Assembly (NCBI RefSeq): GCF_006345805.1
Contig: NC_043016.1
Coordinates: 16,864,001 to 16,928,000, forward strand
Length of the DNA stretch: 64,000 bases
Source: Octopus sinensis
Lineage: Eukaryota
Direction of reading: 5' to 3'
Shown piece by piece: positions 14,180 to 26,056 of this stretch. Under the pieces are notes generated by a model. That model saw only the letters and a list, made by a program, of their open reading frames with translations, was not told the DNA's origin and searched no databases. How positions within the stretch are numbered: the stretch's first letter is position 1; each line of letters starts with the position of its first letter. The position numbers and the translations under genes were made by a program.

Positions 14180-14355
14180 ACCATCACTTGACAACCGATG
14201 CTCGTACATTCACGTCCCCGTATCCTAGCGGTTCGGCAAAAAAAACCGATGGAATAAGTACTAAGCTTAGAAAGAATAAGTCCTCGTGTTGATTTGTTTG
14301 ACTACTGGTGGTGCTCCAGCATGCCTTAGTCAAATGACTGAAACAAGTAAAAGAA
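14180..14355 (+). mobile_element. tRNA-derived SINE, 3' half
   Basis: cttgacaaccga..acgtccccgta..gaataagtac..gctccagcatg..gtcaaatgactgaaacaagtaaaaga. Confidence 0.8.
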
Positions 14356-14426
14356 AAAAAGAACATATAGGTGCGTGTGCGTGTGTATGTGTAATATATA
14401 TATTTGTGAATGTATGTGTGTGTGTG

Positions 14427-14457
<31 letters not shown>

Positions 14458-15717
14458 ATATACGATAGCAAGTGGCAGTTATACTAAAATATATTCAAAT
14501 ACTCTCGGATACATTTATCAATGTATACCAACTGTTAATATATTGATATACCTATAAACATGTATACAAATGTATCTATTCATAAATACATATTTTCATT
14601 TATCTATTCATTTACTTGAGGAAATGACAGCAATAATAAAACAAATATATACATACATACATATAATATATATATATATACAAACATATAATATACGAGT
14701 GAGTGAACAATCGAAAGAAAAGAGCATTTAACATATCAAAGAACTGAATGAAACAGTTTGGAATAATAAAAGTATATATTAAGTGTATATAAATTATACT
14801 AACCGTATGTATATAGGATAATGTATAAATGAGTGATTTTAATATCCTGGTTGTCCGAAGCAGTAACGACTGTCCCAATTGAATATGTGTGACAGTAACA
14901 AGCACTTGGACTTGGCCGATTATGGTTTAGAGGGGTGTGTAGGATAGGTCGCTGCTTGAAGGAAGTGCTTGTGTGATGGGAAAGACAGAAGAAAGAACTA
15001 GTGAGAGATGTATGTATGTGTGTACGCACGTATATATGTATCTGTGTGTGTGTGTGTGTTTGTGTATGTATGTATGTGCGTATGTATGTGCGTGTGTATA
15101 GATAATTACAAGTAGTGACGTTTGAATCTGCACACATACACACACACGCACATATTTGTATATATGGATGTATGTATATGTGTTTTTCTTTCTTTCTTTC
15201 TTTCTTTCTGTCTGTCTCTCGTTGTATATGTGTGTGTGTGTGTGTGTGTATTATGTATATACGTATGTAAAAAAGCCAAGGGAGCGCCACTGGCTGCTGC
15301 AGTTGCTTAGCAGATGCTGGGGGTGGGGGTGGGGAGGAGGCAGGAACGAGGGGGATGACTAAGCCACAGGCCTAAGCCGCGACAAAACGCTGTAACCGAG
15401 ATAAAGGATGACAAATTCATCCTCGATGCCCGACAGGTCTGTACGAAGCCACAAGTACCCTCTGCGGTAGGGGGAAAAAAAAGGCTGATGGGAAGCTTTC
15501 TGCAAATTATAATAATGTGTACGCGACAGGATGAAGATAATGAGCGCTAGCCGAAAGGTCGGACCCCAAATTAACTTACAGAGCTTTCATACACAAGCAC
15601 ACCTCGTTCACTTTGTTTCCTCTTAACTTTCAGAAAAAGGGGGAGTTTTCACAGATTTCAGATGTGTGTAAGCGATTATATCGGAATTTAAAGTGTGTGT
15701 GTGAGTGTATGTGTGTG

Positions 15718-16022
15718 TGTTCAGTCCCACTTTCTGCTATAGCCTTGGGCTGACCAAAGCCTTCTGAGTGGATTTGATGGACGGAAACTGAAAGAAGCCC
15801 GTTGCATATATCTGTGTGTGTGGGTGTGTTTTTCTGTCTGTTTGTGCCCCACCACTGCTTAACAATTGGTGTTGGTGTTTTTGTATTCCCGTGACTTTGC
15901 TGTTCGACAAAAGTAACGGACAGAATAAGTAGCAGGCTTTAAGAGCTTTATTCATTTCACTAAGAATTCAAAGCGGTGCCCCAACATGGCCGCAGTCTAA
16001 TGATTGAAACAAGTAAAAGATA
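15718..16022 (+). mobile_element. tRNA-derived SINE, head-truncated
   Basis: Family core and 3' tail present. Confidence 0.85.
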
Positions 16023-16024
16023 AA

Positions 16025-16507
16025 TGTGTATATGTATGTATGTATGTATGTATCTATGTATGTATGTATGTATGTATGTATGTATGTATGTATTTATGTA
16101 TGTATGTATGTATGTGAGTGTATGTATGTATGTATGTATGTATGTGTGTATGTGTGTGTGTATGTGTATGTGTATGTATGTATGTATGTATGTATTTATG
16201 TATGTGTGTGTGTATGTATGTATGTATGTATGTATGTGTATATGTATGTATGTATGTATGTAAGTATGTATGTATGAATGTATGTATATATATGTATGTA
16301 CGTATGTATGTATGTATGTGTATATGTATGTATGTATGTGTGTGTATGTATGTATGTATGTATGTATGTATGTATGTGTATATGTATGTGTATATGTATG
16401 TATGTATGTATGCATGTATGCATGCATGCATGCATATATGTATGCCTGCATGTATGCATGTATGTATGTATGTATGTGTATATGTATGTATGTATGTATG
16501 TATGTAT
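16025..16507. repeat. (TATG)n microsatellite between two tail-to-tail SINEs
   Basis: Direct inspection. Confidence 0.9.
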
Positions 16508-16903
16508 ACTCTTTTACTTGTTTCAGTCATTTGACTGTGGCCATGCTGGAGCACTGCCTTTAGTCGAGCAAATCGACCCCAGGACTTATTCTTTGTAAGC
16601 CTAGTACTGATTCTATCGGTCTCTTTTGCCAAACCACTAAGTTACGGGGACATAAACACACCAGCATCGGTTGTCAAGTGATGTTGGGGAGGGGTGCAAA
16701 CACAGACACACAAACATATACATACACACACATATATATATACATATATACGACGGGCTTCTTTCAGTTTCCGTCTACCAAATCCACTCACAAGGCATTG
16801 GTCGGCCCCGGGCTATAGTAGAAGACACTTGCCCAAGATGCCACGCAGTGGACTGAACCCAGAACCATGTGGTTGGTTAGCAAGCTACTTACCACACAGC
16901 CCT
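16508..16903 (-). mobile_element. tRNA-derived SINE, full length
   Basis: Reverse complement of the complete family sequence including A/B-box head. Confidence 0.88.
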
Positions 16904-16969
16904 CCTATGCGTGTGTATGTATGCATATATGTATGTATGTATATAATATGTATATATATATATATTATA

Positions 16970-17026
<57 letters not shown>

Positions 17027-17120
17027 ATAGTTAATACAAACATAAAAACACAAAGAGAAAACACAACAACGCGAGGACGTGGAACAAATATAGTTATTGG
17101 ATGCTCAGGAAAGAAGGAGG

Positions 17121-17156
17121 GTTTTTACGATTCAAGTGGAGCTCTTCGTCAGAAAC
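17121..17156 (-). ncRNA. Degenerate minimal hammerhead-like motif
   Basis: Minus strand GTTT-CTGACGA-A-GAG ctcca CTT-GAAT-CG-TA-AAA; GAAA is mutated to GAAT. Confidence 0.4.
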
Positions 17157-17475
17157 ATAGGAAAAGGAAAGATCCAGAGAGGGAAGACGGAGAAAAAAAA
17201 TCGCCAACGGTACACACGCGGTCACACATATATACACATTATGTATATATGTTTATATATAATACAAAATAGAAAAGGAGAAATACATCGAAATCAATAT
17301 CAATTACCAGATAATACTCAATCCATACTTTGTAACTATGTTTATATATATATATATATATATTATATTATATATATATATATAGTATTAATATGCATGT
17401 GTGTATATATGTATGCATATATGTGTGTATGTATATATATGTGTTCGTGTGTGTGTGTGTGTTTTCATCTTATTC

Positions 17476-17511
17476 CTTTCTGATGAAGAACATAGACTTG
17501 AAACGTAAAAG
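17476..17511 (+). ncRNA. Degenerate minimal hammerhead-like motif
   Basis: CTTT-CTGATGA-A-gaacatagactt-GAAA-CG-TA-AAAG; core and 4-bp stem I intact, stem II decayed. Confidence 0.5.
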
Positions 17512-17639
17512 ACTTTTCCATTTTTCTCAAGCGTTAAACTAATACACCTGCTTGTTGTTCCTACACCTGTCTTTTGTTTTTGTTTTTCTTTTTGTAAATT
17601 TGAACTACACACACACACACACACACACACACTTAAGAT

Positions 17640-18160
17640 TCCAAATGATGTCATCTGTAGTGCAGTGTTGTATTGCCTAATTTAGTTTTGGAAGTGCTTG
17701 GAATCTTGGTCAGTTGATGAGAACAGTTTCCTCGATAGCTCTGGAGGTTGGGGGATTGCAGGGAGTTGAACCTTTCTACCACTGCAGCACAGTGCAGGTG
17801 TCTCTCCAGGCCACTTCCTTGCTTTACCATGTATGCACTCAGTTGTCATTGCACCAATGGAAACTCTAGTGTCATCTGCATAATGAACTGCTGGACCATA
17901 ATTGAAAGCTGCTTCATAGAAGTTGCTTCTCTGAGCTGTTGCAACTGCTCTTTGTTCTGCAGTGGAGATCCTATTCCTTGTCAGCCATGCATACCTCTGT
18001 TCATCACTTTGAGATGCTCTGGCTTTTGTAGTGCACGGTCTGTTCGTTTCTTGGTATGCTTCCCTTTCTGCAACTGTCTCTCTTTCCCTGCACAGAGACA
18101 TTCTTTTGACTGACCTTGACATTGCAGACAAATTTGACGCTTTCCTTTTAGGCATGGTTA
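17640..18160 (-). mobile_element. Helitron RepHel N-terminal (zinc-finger-like) fragment
   Basis: ORF 17682-18155: AAFNY..IGAMTTECIHGKARKWPGETPALCCSGRKVQLP..SKHF matches the typical Helitron C-x-H-C..KWxxE..CCxxGKV region. Confidence 0.8.
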
Positions 18161-18224
18161 CATAAGTATACAGAAATACACGGGTGCAGAAGATAGTAAA
18201 TAATGAAAATAACTGAGTAACGGA

Positions 18225-18670
18225 AATTATATTTCTTAATATGACGGGCAGAAAGTAAATAAGAAATTTTTATGGAAAATAAAGAATTGTGCGCGTTCAA
18301 GCGAAATTTGTCACTTAGTGAACCAAAGAACCAGTATCAAAGTAAGCAGAAAAAAGCCGTTAACAACAGAAAAACACAAAACTGTTGCAAAAGTAAATAA
18401 GAAATTTTAAGGAAATTAACCAAGTGTACCGATTTAAGTGAAATTTTTGAAGTTACTTCTGTCAGTAAATTATGAACTTACTTTCATCAGTAATTCTGTC
18501 AATAACAAAAAAGCACAAACTGTTTCAAAAGTAAATAAGAAATTTGTAGGCAAATTTAACAAAGTGTACGGATTGAAGTGAAATTTATGAAGATACTTCT
18601 GTCAGTAAATATGTATGAGATTACTTTCATCAGTAATTGTGAACTTCTTTCCATCAGTAATTTGTCCTTG
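18225..18670. repeat. ~140-bp imperfect direct repeats upstream of the Helitron fragment
   Basis: aaagtaaataagaaattt recurs at ~18253, ~18389 and ~18528; the last two copies are followed by similar ttctgtcagtaaat..actttcatcagtaatt blocks. Confidence 0.7.
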
Positions 18671-19299
18671 TAGTTTGTAAATAGCGATTGAAACCTTACA
18701 GTGAAAACAATAGAGAGTAAGAGAGTAAGAGAGAAAGAGAGGGGGGAGGGAGAGAGCGCTAGCTAGTTAGAGAGATAAGATAGATATAGAAAGATAAGTT
18801 ATAGACAGATACAAAGAGGTAGATAGTTATAGAGATAGAGGTGGATAAAGAGATATAGATAGAGAGGTATAGAGAGATAGAGATATGCATGAAAAGTGAA
18901 TACACAGAAAATGCCTTCACAAAACTATCAAAATCTCCAGCTAAATATACACATGGATGAAAGAGGGCTAGAGAGAGAAAATTAAAATGACCTCATGATA
19001 ATTATGAATTGGTTCCAATTTCTGGATTAAAGCAAAAAAATAAGCTTTCTTTCTTAGTCAACACAATACACAGGGTGGGGTGGGGCGGAATATAAGTCCA
19101 AATAATTGTACATAATGTCCGAAGTAAGTTTACACGTCCACATACAAATATTTGCACATATAAACCCAAATGTATTAATTGTCTATAAATTTTTATAGCA
19201 TGCTGACTACTTAATAAAAATCATTAACGTGATTTTTATCCTTATATTCTTTTATGAATTAATAAATAATATATCTATCTATCTATATATATATATATG

Positions 19300-19690
19300 C
19301 AGTTCCCAAAACACCAGTAGAAATCTCTTAAAATGCAAGCACGGCTTGAAAATCTCCATTCTGGAGTTCAGTATGGCCCTGGTATGTGTGAGATTTTCAG
19401 GATGTGTGGCTATGCATAGCTTTCAGCATTTTGTTCCATGGATGTAGGGACCTGGGCGCTTGAGGATTTTCCATCTGATCGAGTGTGGAATTCCATCTTC
19501 CTTTAGTTGCCAGACATGGCATGTCACCAATGTTATGTATCTCCTTTCTAGGATCCTGAAGGAGGAATATGGTTGGAAACATGTTTCTTAAAGGAATTTC
19601 CTGTGCAAAAATGTATTTCCTTGGATGCGTGATGATAGTATCCAGGGAAAAAGATACCCAATGCCCAGATGTTTACCTGAATAGCAGGAG
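19300..19690 (-). mobile_element. Penelope-like element, GIY-YIG C-terminal fragment
   Basis: Minus strand gives HVWQLKEDGIPHSIRWKILK..YIHGTKC*KLC..LNSRMEIFKPCLHFKRFLL. Confidence 0.75.
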
Positions 19691-19719
19691 TTGGGTGTTT
19701 AATCATTGCCTGCATGGAA

Positions 19720-20280
19720 GGAAAATTCCTAATGTCATTCCCCTCTTCATAAAAGGTGATTGCATATCACCTGTCAACTACTGTCCTGTCAGCCTTACTA
19801 GCCGCATCACCAAACTGATGGAGTTCAGTGTCAGAGAAACACTCCAGAACTTTTGGAGCTGTCACAACCTTATTCAACCTTCACAATTTGGATTTATCTC
19901 CAATTCCAGCTGTTGTAACCAACTCATCAAATTTCTTGCGGACATCACCCGAGTTACTGATGATGGCTCATGGGTGGATGTTATCAATCTTGACTTTGCT
20001 AAAGCCTTCAATTCTGTGCAACACAAATGATTCATGACAAACCTGTCTGCAATGGGTGAAAGATGACCTCTATAATTGGCTGAAGTCCTTCATTCTTGGT
20101 TGAAAAGAGGTAGTAATGGTTCTACGACATCATTCTTCATCCTACGAGATTATTTCTGGCATACCACAGGGATCCATTTTTGGACTCCTACTCTTTGTTG
20201 CATATATCAATGACATGGATGCTAACTTGAGAAATGTTACAGTGTTGAAATATACAGATGACATCAAGCTGTACTGAGCA
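19720..20280 (+). mobile_element. CR1-group LINE RT fragment
   Basis: IPLFIKGD..NYCPVSLTS..QFGF..VDVINLDFAKAFNSV (ORF 19569-20030). Confidence 0.85.
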
Positions 20281-20313
20281 CAATTTCTTTCGTATATATA
20301 TATATATATATAT

Positions 20314-20838
20314 CATCATCATCATCATCATCGTTTAGCATCCGCTTTCCATGCTGGCATGGGTTGGACGGTGCAACTGGGGTCTGGGAAGCCAGAAGGC
20401 TGCACCAGGCCCAGTCTGATCTGGCAATGTTTCTACGGCTGGATGCAATAATATATATGTATATATATGTATAACCATCCGAACGTGGCCGTTGCCAGCT
20501 CCGACCCGATTGGCCTCGTGCCGGTGGCACGTATAAAGCACCATCCGATCGTGGCTGTTGCCAGCCTCGCCTGGCCCCCGTGCCGGTGGCACGTAAAAAA
20601 CACCATCCGATTGTGGCCATTTGCCAGCCTCGTCTGGCACCTGTGCTGGTGGCACATAAAAAGCACCCACTACACTCACGGAGTGGTTGGCGTTAGGAAG
20701 GGCATCCAGCCATAGAAACATTGCCCGATTAGACTGGGCCTGATGAAGCCTTCCAGCTTCCCAGACCCCAGTTGAACCGTCCAACCCATGCTAGCATGGA
20801 AAGCGGACGCTAAATGATGATGATGATGATGATGATGA
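20314..20838. mobile_element. Two RTE 3' UTR/termini in opposite orientation
   Basis: (CAT)n-headed minus copy 20314-20448; plus copy 20475-20838 with three ~60-bp internal repeats and a (GAT)n tail. Confidence 0.85.
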
Positions 20839-21141
20839 TATAAATAAAACATACACCTGTACTCTAATTAAATATTCTAAATGACCTGAGATGCTCATCC
20901 TGTCTTGGTTTTGTTTTCGTTTTCCTTTAACATATTTATACCTGCTGACTTGGAAGCCAACTACAGACCCTGGCTCCAGCCTCATCTGGGAACTTGGAAC
21001 CTAACGAACAACCAATTATAGCACTTATGCAGCATACTTATTGGTTTAAATCATCGGGGACCTAAACCCCACATATTCTTTATCTATTTATGTGTATATA
21101 TATATGGACACACACACACACACAAATATATATATACATAT

Positions 21142-21316
21142 ATGATTAAGTAAATTGCAAAAAAAATAATAAAACCATATATATGTTTCTTTATTACCCA
21201 CAAGGGGCTAAACATAGAGGGGACAAACTAGGACAGACAAACGAATAAAACCGTATATAATTTGTATATACCAATTATATACGTTTTTATTATCTTTTTG
21301 CAATTTACTTAATCAT
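21142..21316. repeat. Fold-back palindrome with a SINE fragment inserted in the left arm
   Basis: Centre 21267/21268; insert 21185-21243 flanked by an aataaaacc(a/g)tatata duplication. Confidence 0.8.
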
Positions 21317-21739
21317 TGGTATATTGTTAAATCCTATCAATTAACATATCATTAATTTGAGTTATAAACTCTGTTTCTTATTACAGGTATGGTCTTTTTT
21401 AATTAAAATGTAATCTTGTGCTCAGGCACTCAGATTTTCAATCCCTTGGCATGGCTCCTTTGGCAAACATTTTCTACTATAGCTCTGGGCTGTCCAAAGG
21501 CTTAAGAGTAGACAAGAACTAAAAGATGGCTCATAAGTCGATCTTATATATATACATATACATACATATATATGTCTATATGTATATATATATATATATA
21601 TATATAGATAGATAGATAGATAGATATGGGCCATCCAAAAGCTTGAGAGTGGATTGGTTGAAAGGAACTGAAAGAAGCATCTTATGTCTGTGCGTGTATA
21701 TATATATATATACATATATATATATGTGTGTGTGTGCGT

Positions 21740-21821
21740 GTATATATATAATAGATAGATAGATAGACAGATAGATAGATAGATAGATAGATAGACAGAT
21801 AGATAGACAGATAGATAGATA

Positions 21822-21863
<42 letters not shown>

Positions 21864-21885
21864 TATATATATATATATATATTAT

Positions 21886-21965
<80 letters not shown>

Positions 21966-22022
21966 CAGACAGATAGATAGATAGATAGATGGATAGATAG
22001 ATAGACAGACAGACAGGCAGAC

Positions 22023-22071
<49 letters not shown>

Positions 22072-22078
22072 GATAGAC

Positions 22079-22113
<35 letters not shown>

Positions 22114-22140
22114 TAGATAGATAGATAGATAGATATAAAT
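21740..22140. repeat. (GATA/GACA)n microsatellite
   Basis: Direct inspection. Confidence 0.9.
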
Positions 22141-22227
22141 ATTTTACAGTAATATCACCACCAAGCAGTGTTTAGGCATAAGCAAACTTTTAGGTAGTTA
22201 AAATGTTTGTGACAGTTGAAATATGTC

Positions 22228-22260
<33 letters not shown>

Positions 22261-23019
22261 TACTGACTGTCAAACAGACAGAGACAGACAGGCTGCTAGA
22301 CATAGTGGGAAGGGACATGAGACAGAAGGCAGATGGGAAGAAAACTATAGAAAAAGATTGTGAGAAAAACTGAGTGAAGTTCTGAGGCATGAAGATGAGG
22401 AGGGAAGTGAATGGTTGCAATGACAACAACACAGTTAGAAGTTAAAATAGGAGGGAATCTGAAAGTGTCCTATATAGAAACTTAGTTGTTGAATGAATGG
22501 GGGAGGAGGAGGTGGGATGGGGGTGGGGTGGAGAGAGCTAAAGAAAAGCCCAGGGTGATGGTATTGATGCTGGTTTTAAAGCTGCTTATGTGGACTGATG
22601 AAGAGAATGAGTAAAAAGACAGGAGGAATGGGGGCTGAGAAGAGAGGCCCCTCCCTCAAAATTCAGACATAGCAGAAGATTGTTTCCACCTCTTCCCACT
22701 GAATATTTGAAGATGAATAAGCCACAAACCATCTGTTCTGCCTAGGTTAGGGTCAGTGGGGAGGGGGGGGTTAGGGTTAAGTTTAAATTCAAACTGAAAA
22801 ATACCAAAGCCTTAGAACTGCCTCTCTTGCTGAGAGTTTTGTCCCACAACCACTTATCAAGAAGACAAACTTGAGTTTATGTCCAGATAAATGTTTCTTT
22901 CTTTCCCATATTAGTTAAGAATTTAAAATGTCTAATACTATTTTAAGATTAGCACATACACTAGAGTGCTTTGTTTGGCTCTATGTATGTCATAGCATCA
23001 TCATCATCATCATAGGCAC

Positions 23020-23420
23020 AGACGCAGGCGTAGCTGTGTGGTGAGATGCTTGCTCTCCAACCATATTGTTCCGGGTTCAGTCCCACTGCGTGGCACCTTG
23101 AGCAAGTGTCTTCTACTATAGCCTCGGGCTGACCAAAGCCTTGTGAGTCGATTTGGTAGACGGAAACTGAAAGAAGCCCATTATGTATGTGTATATATAT
23201 CATGTGTGTGTGTCTTTATATGTGTATTTGTCCCTCACCACCTCTTGACAACCAATGTTGATGTGTTTATATCCTCATAACCTAGTGGCTCAGCAAAAGA
23301 GATTGATAGAATAAGTACTAGTTTTAAAAACAAAGTTATGGGTCGATTTGCTTTTCTAAAACTTTGCAAGACAGTGTTCCAGCATGGCCACAGTCAAATG
23401 ACTGAAACAAGATAAAAAAG
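23020..23420 (+). mobile_element. tRNA-derived SINE, full length
   Basis: gcaggcgtagctgtgtggt head, B-box gggttcagtccc, core and 3' tail. Confidence 0.88.
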
Positions 23421-23504
23421 GATAAAAAAAAAAGATACTATTTTAAGTTTATCACAAATACTAGAGAGTGTTGTGTAACTCTATGTATCTCAACATCACC
23501 ACTA

Positions 23505-23870
23505 CCATCATCATCATCATTATACTTTAATATGTTTTCCATGCTGGCATGGGTTGGATGGTTTGACCAGAGGTGGCAAACTGGAAAGCTGCACCAGGTT
23601 CCAGTCTGATTTGGCTTGGTTTCTATGGCTGGTTGCCCTTCTTAACATGCCAACCACTTTATAGTGTGTGCTGGGTGCTTTTAACTTTCCACTGGCACAA
23701 GCACTGTTGTGTGGAACTGGTACTACATGGTATCAGCATGACTGCTTTTTACAGGTACCCAGTGCACAAGACTCTTGCAGGCTGATCCTTTTGACCAGGG
23801 GTTGTGGCTGTAACACTTCCATTGCGAAAGATGGGTCTTCTTGAGTACAGCAAGGTGCCAGATATTTTGG
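23505..23870 (-). mobile_element. RTE-LINE 3' UTR (diverged)
   Basis: (CAT)n then ttccatgctggcatgggttggatgg..cccttcttaacatgccaacc. Confidence 0.7.
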
Positions 23871-24212
23871 TCCTTTTCCATCTTGTCCAAAAGGTTCAGC
23901 ATTCTGAACGTCACTACATACACACATCGTCCTCATTGGCACCACTCATGTCATCAATAGAACTGAGACTGTACCAAAGCAGGACGTCCTGGAGACAAAA
24001 TAAAGGCAGAAGCTGAGGTCTATTGTTAACTGGTGGTGTAAGAAGGAAAAGCTAGGAACTGAAGTTTTTCTGTGGGAACATTTTCATGATAAGTGGGGGA
24101 GAGGCAGACTGTAAAAACTCAGTTGTTAGAAGAGACTGGATGTAACATTGGAAAGCTTAGAAATATTAGGACAGAGAGAAATGTAAAGTGTGGCTAAGGA
24201 ATTCTTATATTC

Positions 24213-24680
24213 TTTTAGTCTTTTACTTGTTTCAGTCATTAGACCATGGCCATGCTGGAGCACCTCCTTGAGGAATTTTTAGTCAAAAGAATCGACCACA
24301 GCACTTATTTTCTTTTTAAGCCTGGTACTTATTGTATCAGTCACATTTGCTGAACCACTAAGTTGTGGGATCATAAACACAGTAACACCGCTTGTCAAGC
24401 GATGATGGGGGAACAAACACAAACACACAAACATATACATATAGATATTTATATATATATGTATATATATGACTTGTTTCAGTCATTTGACTGTGGCCAT
24501 GCTGGAGCACTGCCTTTACTTGAGCAAATCGACTCCAGGACTTATTCTTTGTAAGCCTAATACTTATTCTATCGGTCACATTTGCTGAACCAATAAGTTA
24601 CAGGAACATAAACACACCAGCATCGGTTGTCAAGTGATGTTGGGGGGGGGGAGGTACAGACACAGACACACAAACACACA
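24213..24680 (-). mobile_element. Two tandem SINE 3' halves
   Basis: ttgtttcagtcatt..ggccatgctggagca at ~24227 and ~24474. Confidence 0.8.
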
Positions 24681-24687
24681 CACACAC

Positions 24688-24776
<89 letters not shown>

Positions 24777-24942
24777 AATCCAAACGGGAAACAAAAAAAA
24801 CACAACAATGGAACATTACACACACATATATATATACATATATATATAATATATATATATATATATACTATATATATATATATATAATATTATTAGTGAA
24901 TTGAAGAAATGGAGTTGAACGAAGATTGAACAGAAATCGTTT

Positions 24943-25033
24943 TATTTCATTCTACACGTGTTTCGAAAGGCACAATTTACCAAATTCCAATTGAATAATG
25001 GACCATATTGTGTCTTTCTCTTCAGGAAGAATA
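24943..25033 (-). ncRNA. Type I hammerhead ribozyme (mirror copy)
   Basis: Reverse complement of 25199-25291; one base missing in stem I and one in loop II. Confidence 0.75.
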
Positions 25034-25198
25034 GGAATCCGTTGGAATAAACAAAAACAGAACAGAGGCGGAGCAAAACAAATCGAACTAGGCTCCTAAG
25101 AGCCCATGGCCAAACTCTTGGCCATGGGCTCTTAGGAGCCTAGTTCGATTTGTTTTGCTCCGCCTCTGTTCTGTTTTTGTTTATTCCAACGGATTTCC

Positions 25199-25291
25199 TA
25201 TTTCTTCCTGAAGAGAAAGACACAATATGGTCTCATTATTCAATTGGAATTTGGTAAATTGTGCCTTTCGAAACACGTGTAGAATGAAATA
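25199..25291 (+). ncRNA. Type I hammerhead ribozyme, PLE/retrozyme type
   Basis: Stem I TATTTCTTC/GAA(T)GAAATA; core CTGAAGA 25208-14; stem II GAAAGaCACAAT/ATTGTGcCTTTC; GAAA 25270-73; palindromic ACACGTGT stem III; GUA cleavage triplet ending at 25281. Confidence 0.85.
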
Positions 25292-25521
25292 AACGATTTC
25301 TGTTCAATCTTCGTTCAACTCCATTTCTTCAATTCACTAATAATATTAAAATTCAATTATCCGCACCAACGCACGGTTGCAACACATATGGTTGTACCTC
25401 CAACCGTGCTGTCTTCTGCTGTGATTTTTGCTACCAAGGTAGCGGTTAAACTTTGATTATCTTAATCTGCAACAAGATTATTCATCTTTCTATTTCACAT
25501 TATATATATATATACATATAT

Positions 25522-25682
25522 ATACGACAGGCTTCTTTCAGTTTCCGTCTACCAAATCCACTCACAAGGCTTTGGTCGGCCCGAGGCTATAGTAGAAGAA
25601 ACTTGCCCAAGGTGCCACGCAGTGGGACTGAACCTGGAACCATGTGGTTTGTAAGCCAGCTACTTACCACACAACCACTCCT
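25522..25682 (-). mobile_element. tRNA-derived SINE, 5' half
   Basis: Reverse complement of head and core. Confidence 0.85.
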
Positions 25683-25697
25683 ATGTACATGTATATA

Positions 25698-25730
<33 letters not shown>

Positions 25731-25797
25731 GGAGAGTAATGTAGTTCACTGGAAGCATTATGTATTGTTTGTAAAATATAATGTGTCTTGAATGGCC

Positions 25798-25990
25798 CAA
25801 CAATGCAGGGTGGACTATTATAATAACCGTTATAATTTAATTATTCATAGTCACTGCTATAATATTTCAGAATATAAAATTCCTTCTTCAGATATTCTTA
25901 GATGGAGTCACAGCTATATTCTGAATATTATATCAGACTATGAATAATTAAATTATAACAGTTATTATAATATTCCACCCTGCATTGTTG
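25798..25990. repeat. Inverted repeat (~78-bp arms, 38-bp spacer) overlapping a hammerhead core on the minus strand
   Basis: 25798-25876 pairs with 25915-25990; minus strand 25891-25865 reads CTGAAGA-A-GGAAT tttat ATTCT-GAAA. Confidence 0.85.
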
Positions 25991-25992
25991 TG

Positions 25993-26054
<62 letters not shown>

Positions 26055-26056
<2 letters not shown>

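Larger units (their letters stand above)
24885..25348. repeat. Near-perfect 464-bp palindrome (229/231-bp arms, 4-nt loop ACTC at 25114-25117)
   Basis: By eye the arms differ only by four 1-nt indels and no substitutions. Confidence 0.97.

Noticed and set aside
20475-20700. Regularly spaced palindromic repeats resembling a CRISPR array (also 59320-59600)
   Set aside because: The intervening sequences are homologous to each other rather than unique spacers; they are part of an RTE 3' UTR in an animal genome.
20314-20838. Inverted pair as a local fold-back duplication
   Set aside because: This is a very abundant family and the arms differ at many positions; two independent insertions explain it equally well.
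22590-22625. ctgatgaagag..gtaaaaagac resembling the 17476 motif
   Set aside because: GAAA and stem II are absent and the flanks do not match.
23020-23100. tRNA genes (SINE heads here and elsewhere)
   Set aside because: A/B boxes only, with no complete cloverleaf, and always joined to the SINE body.
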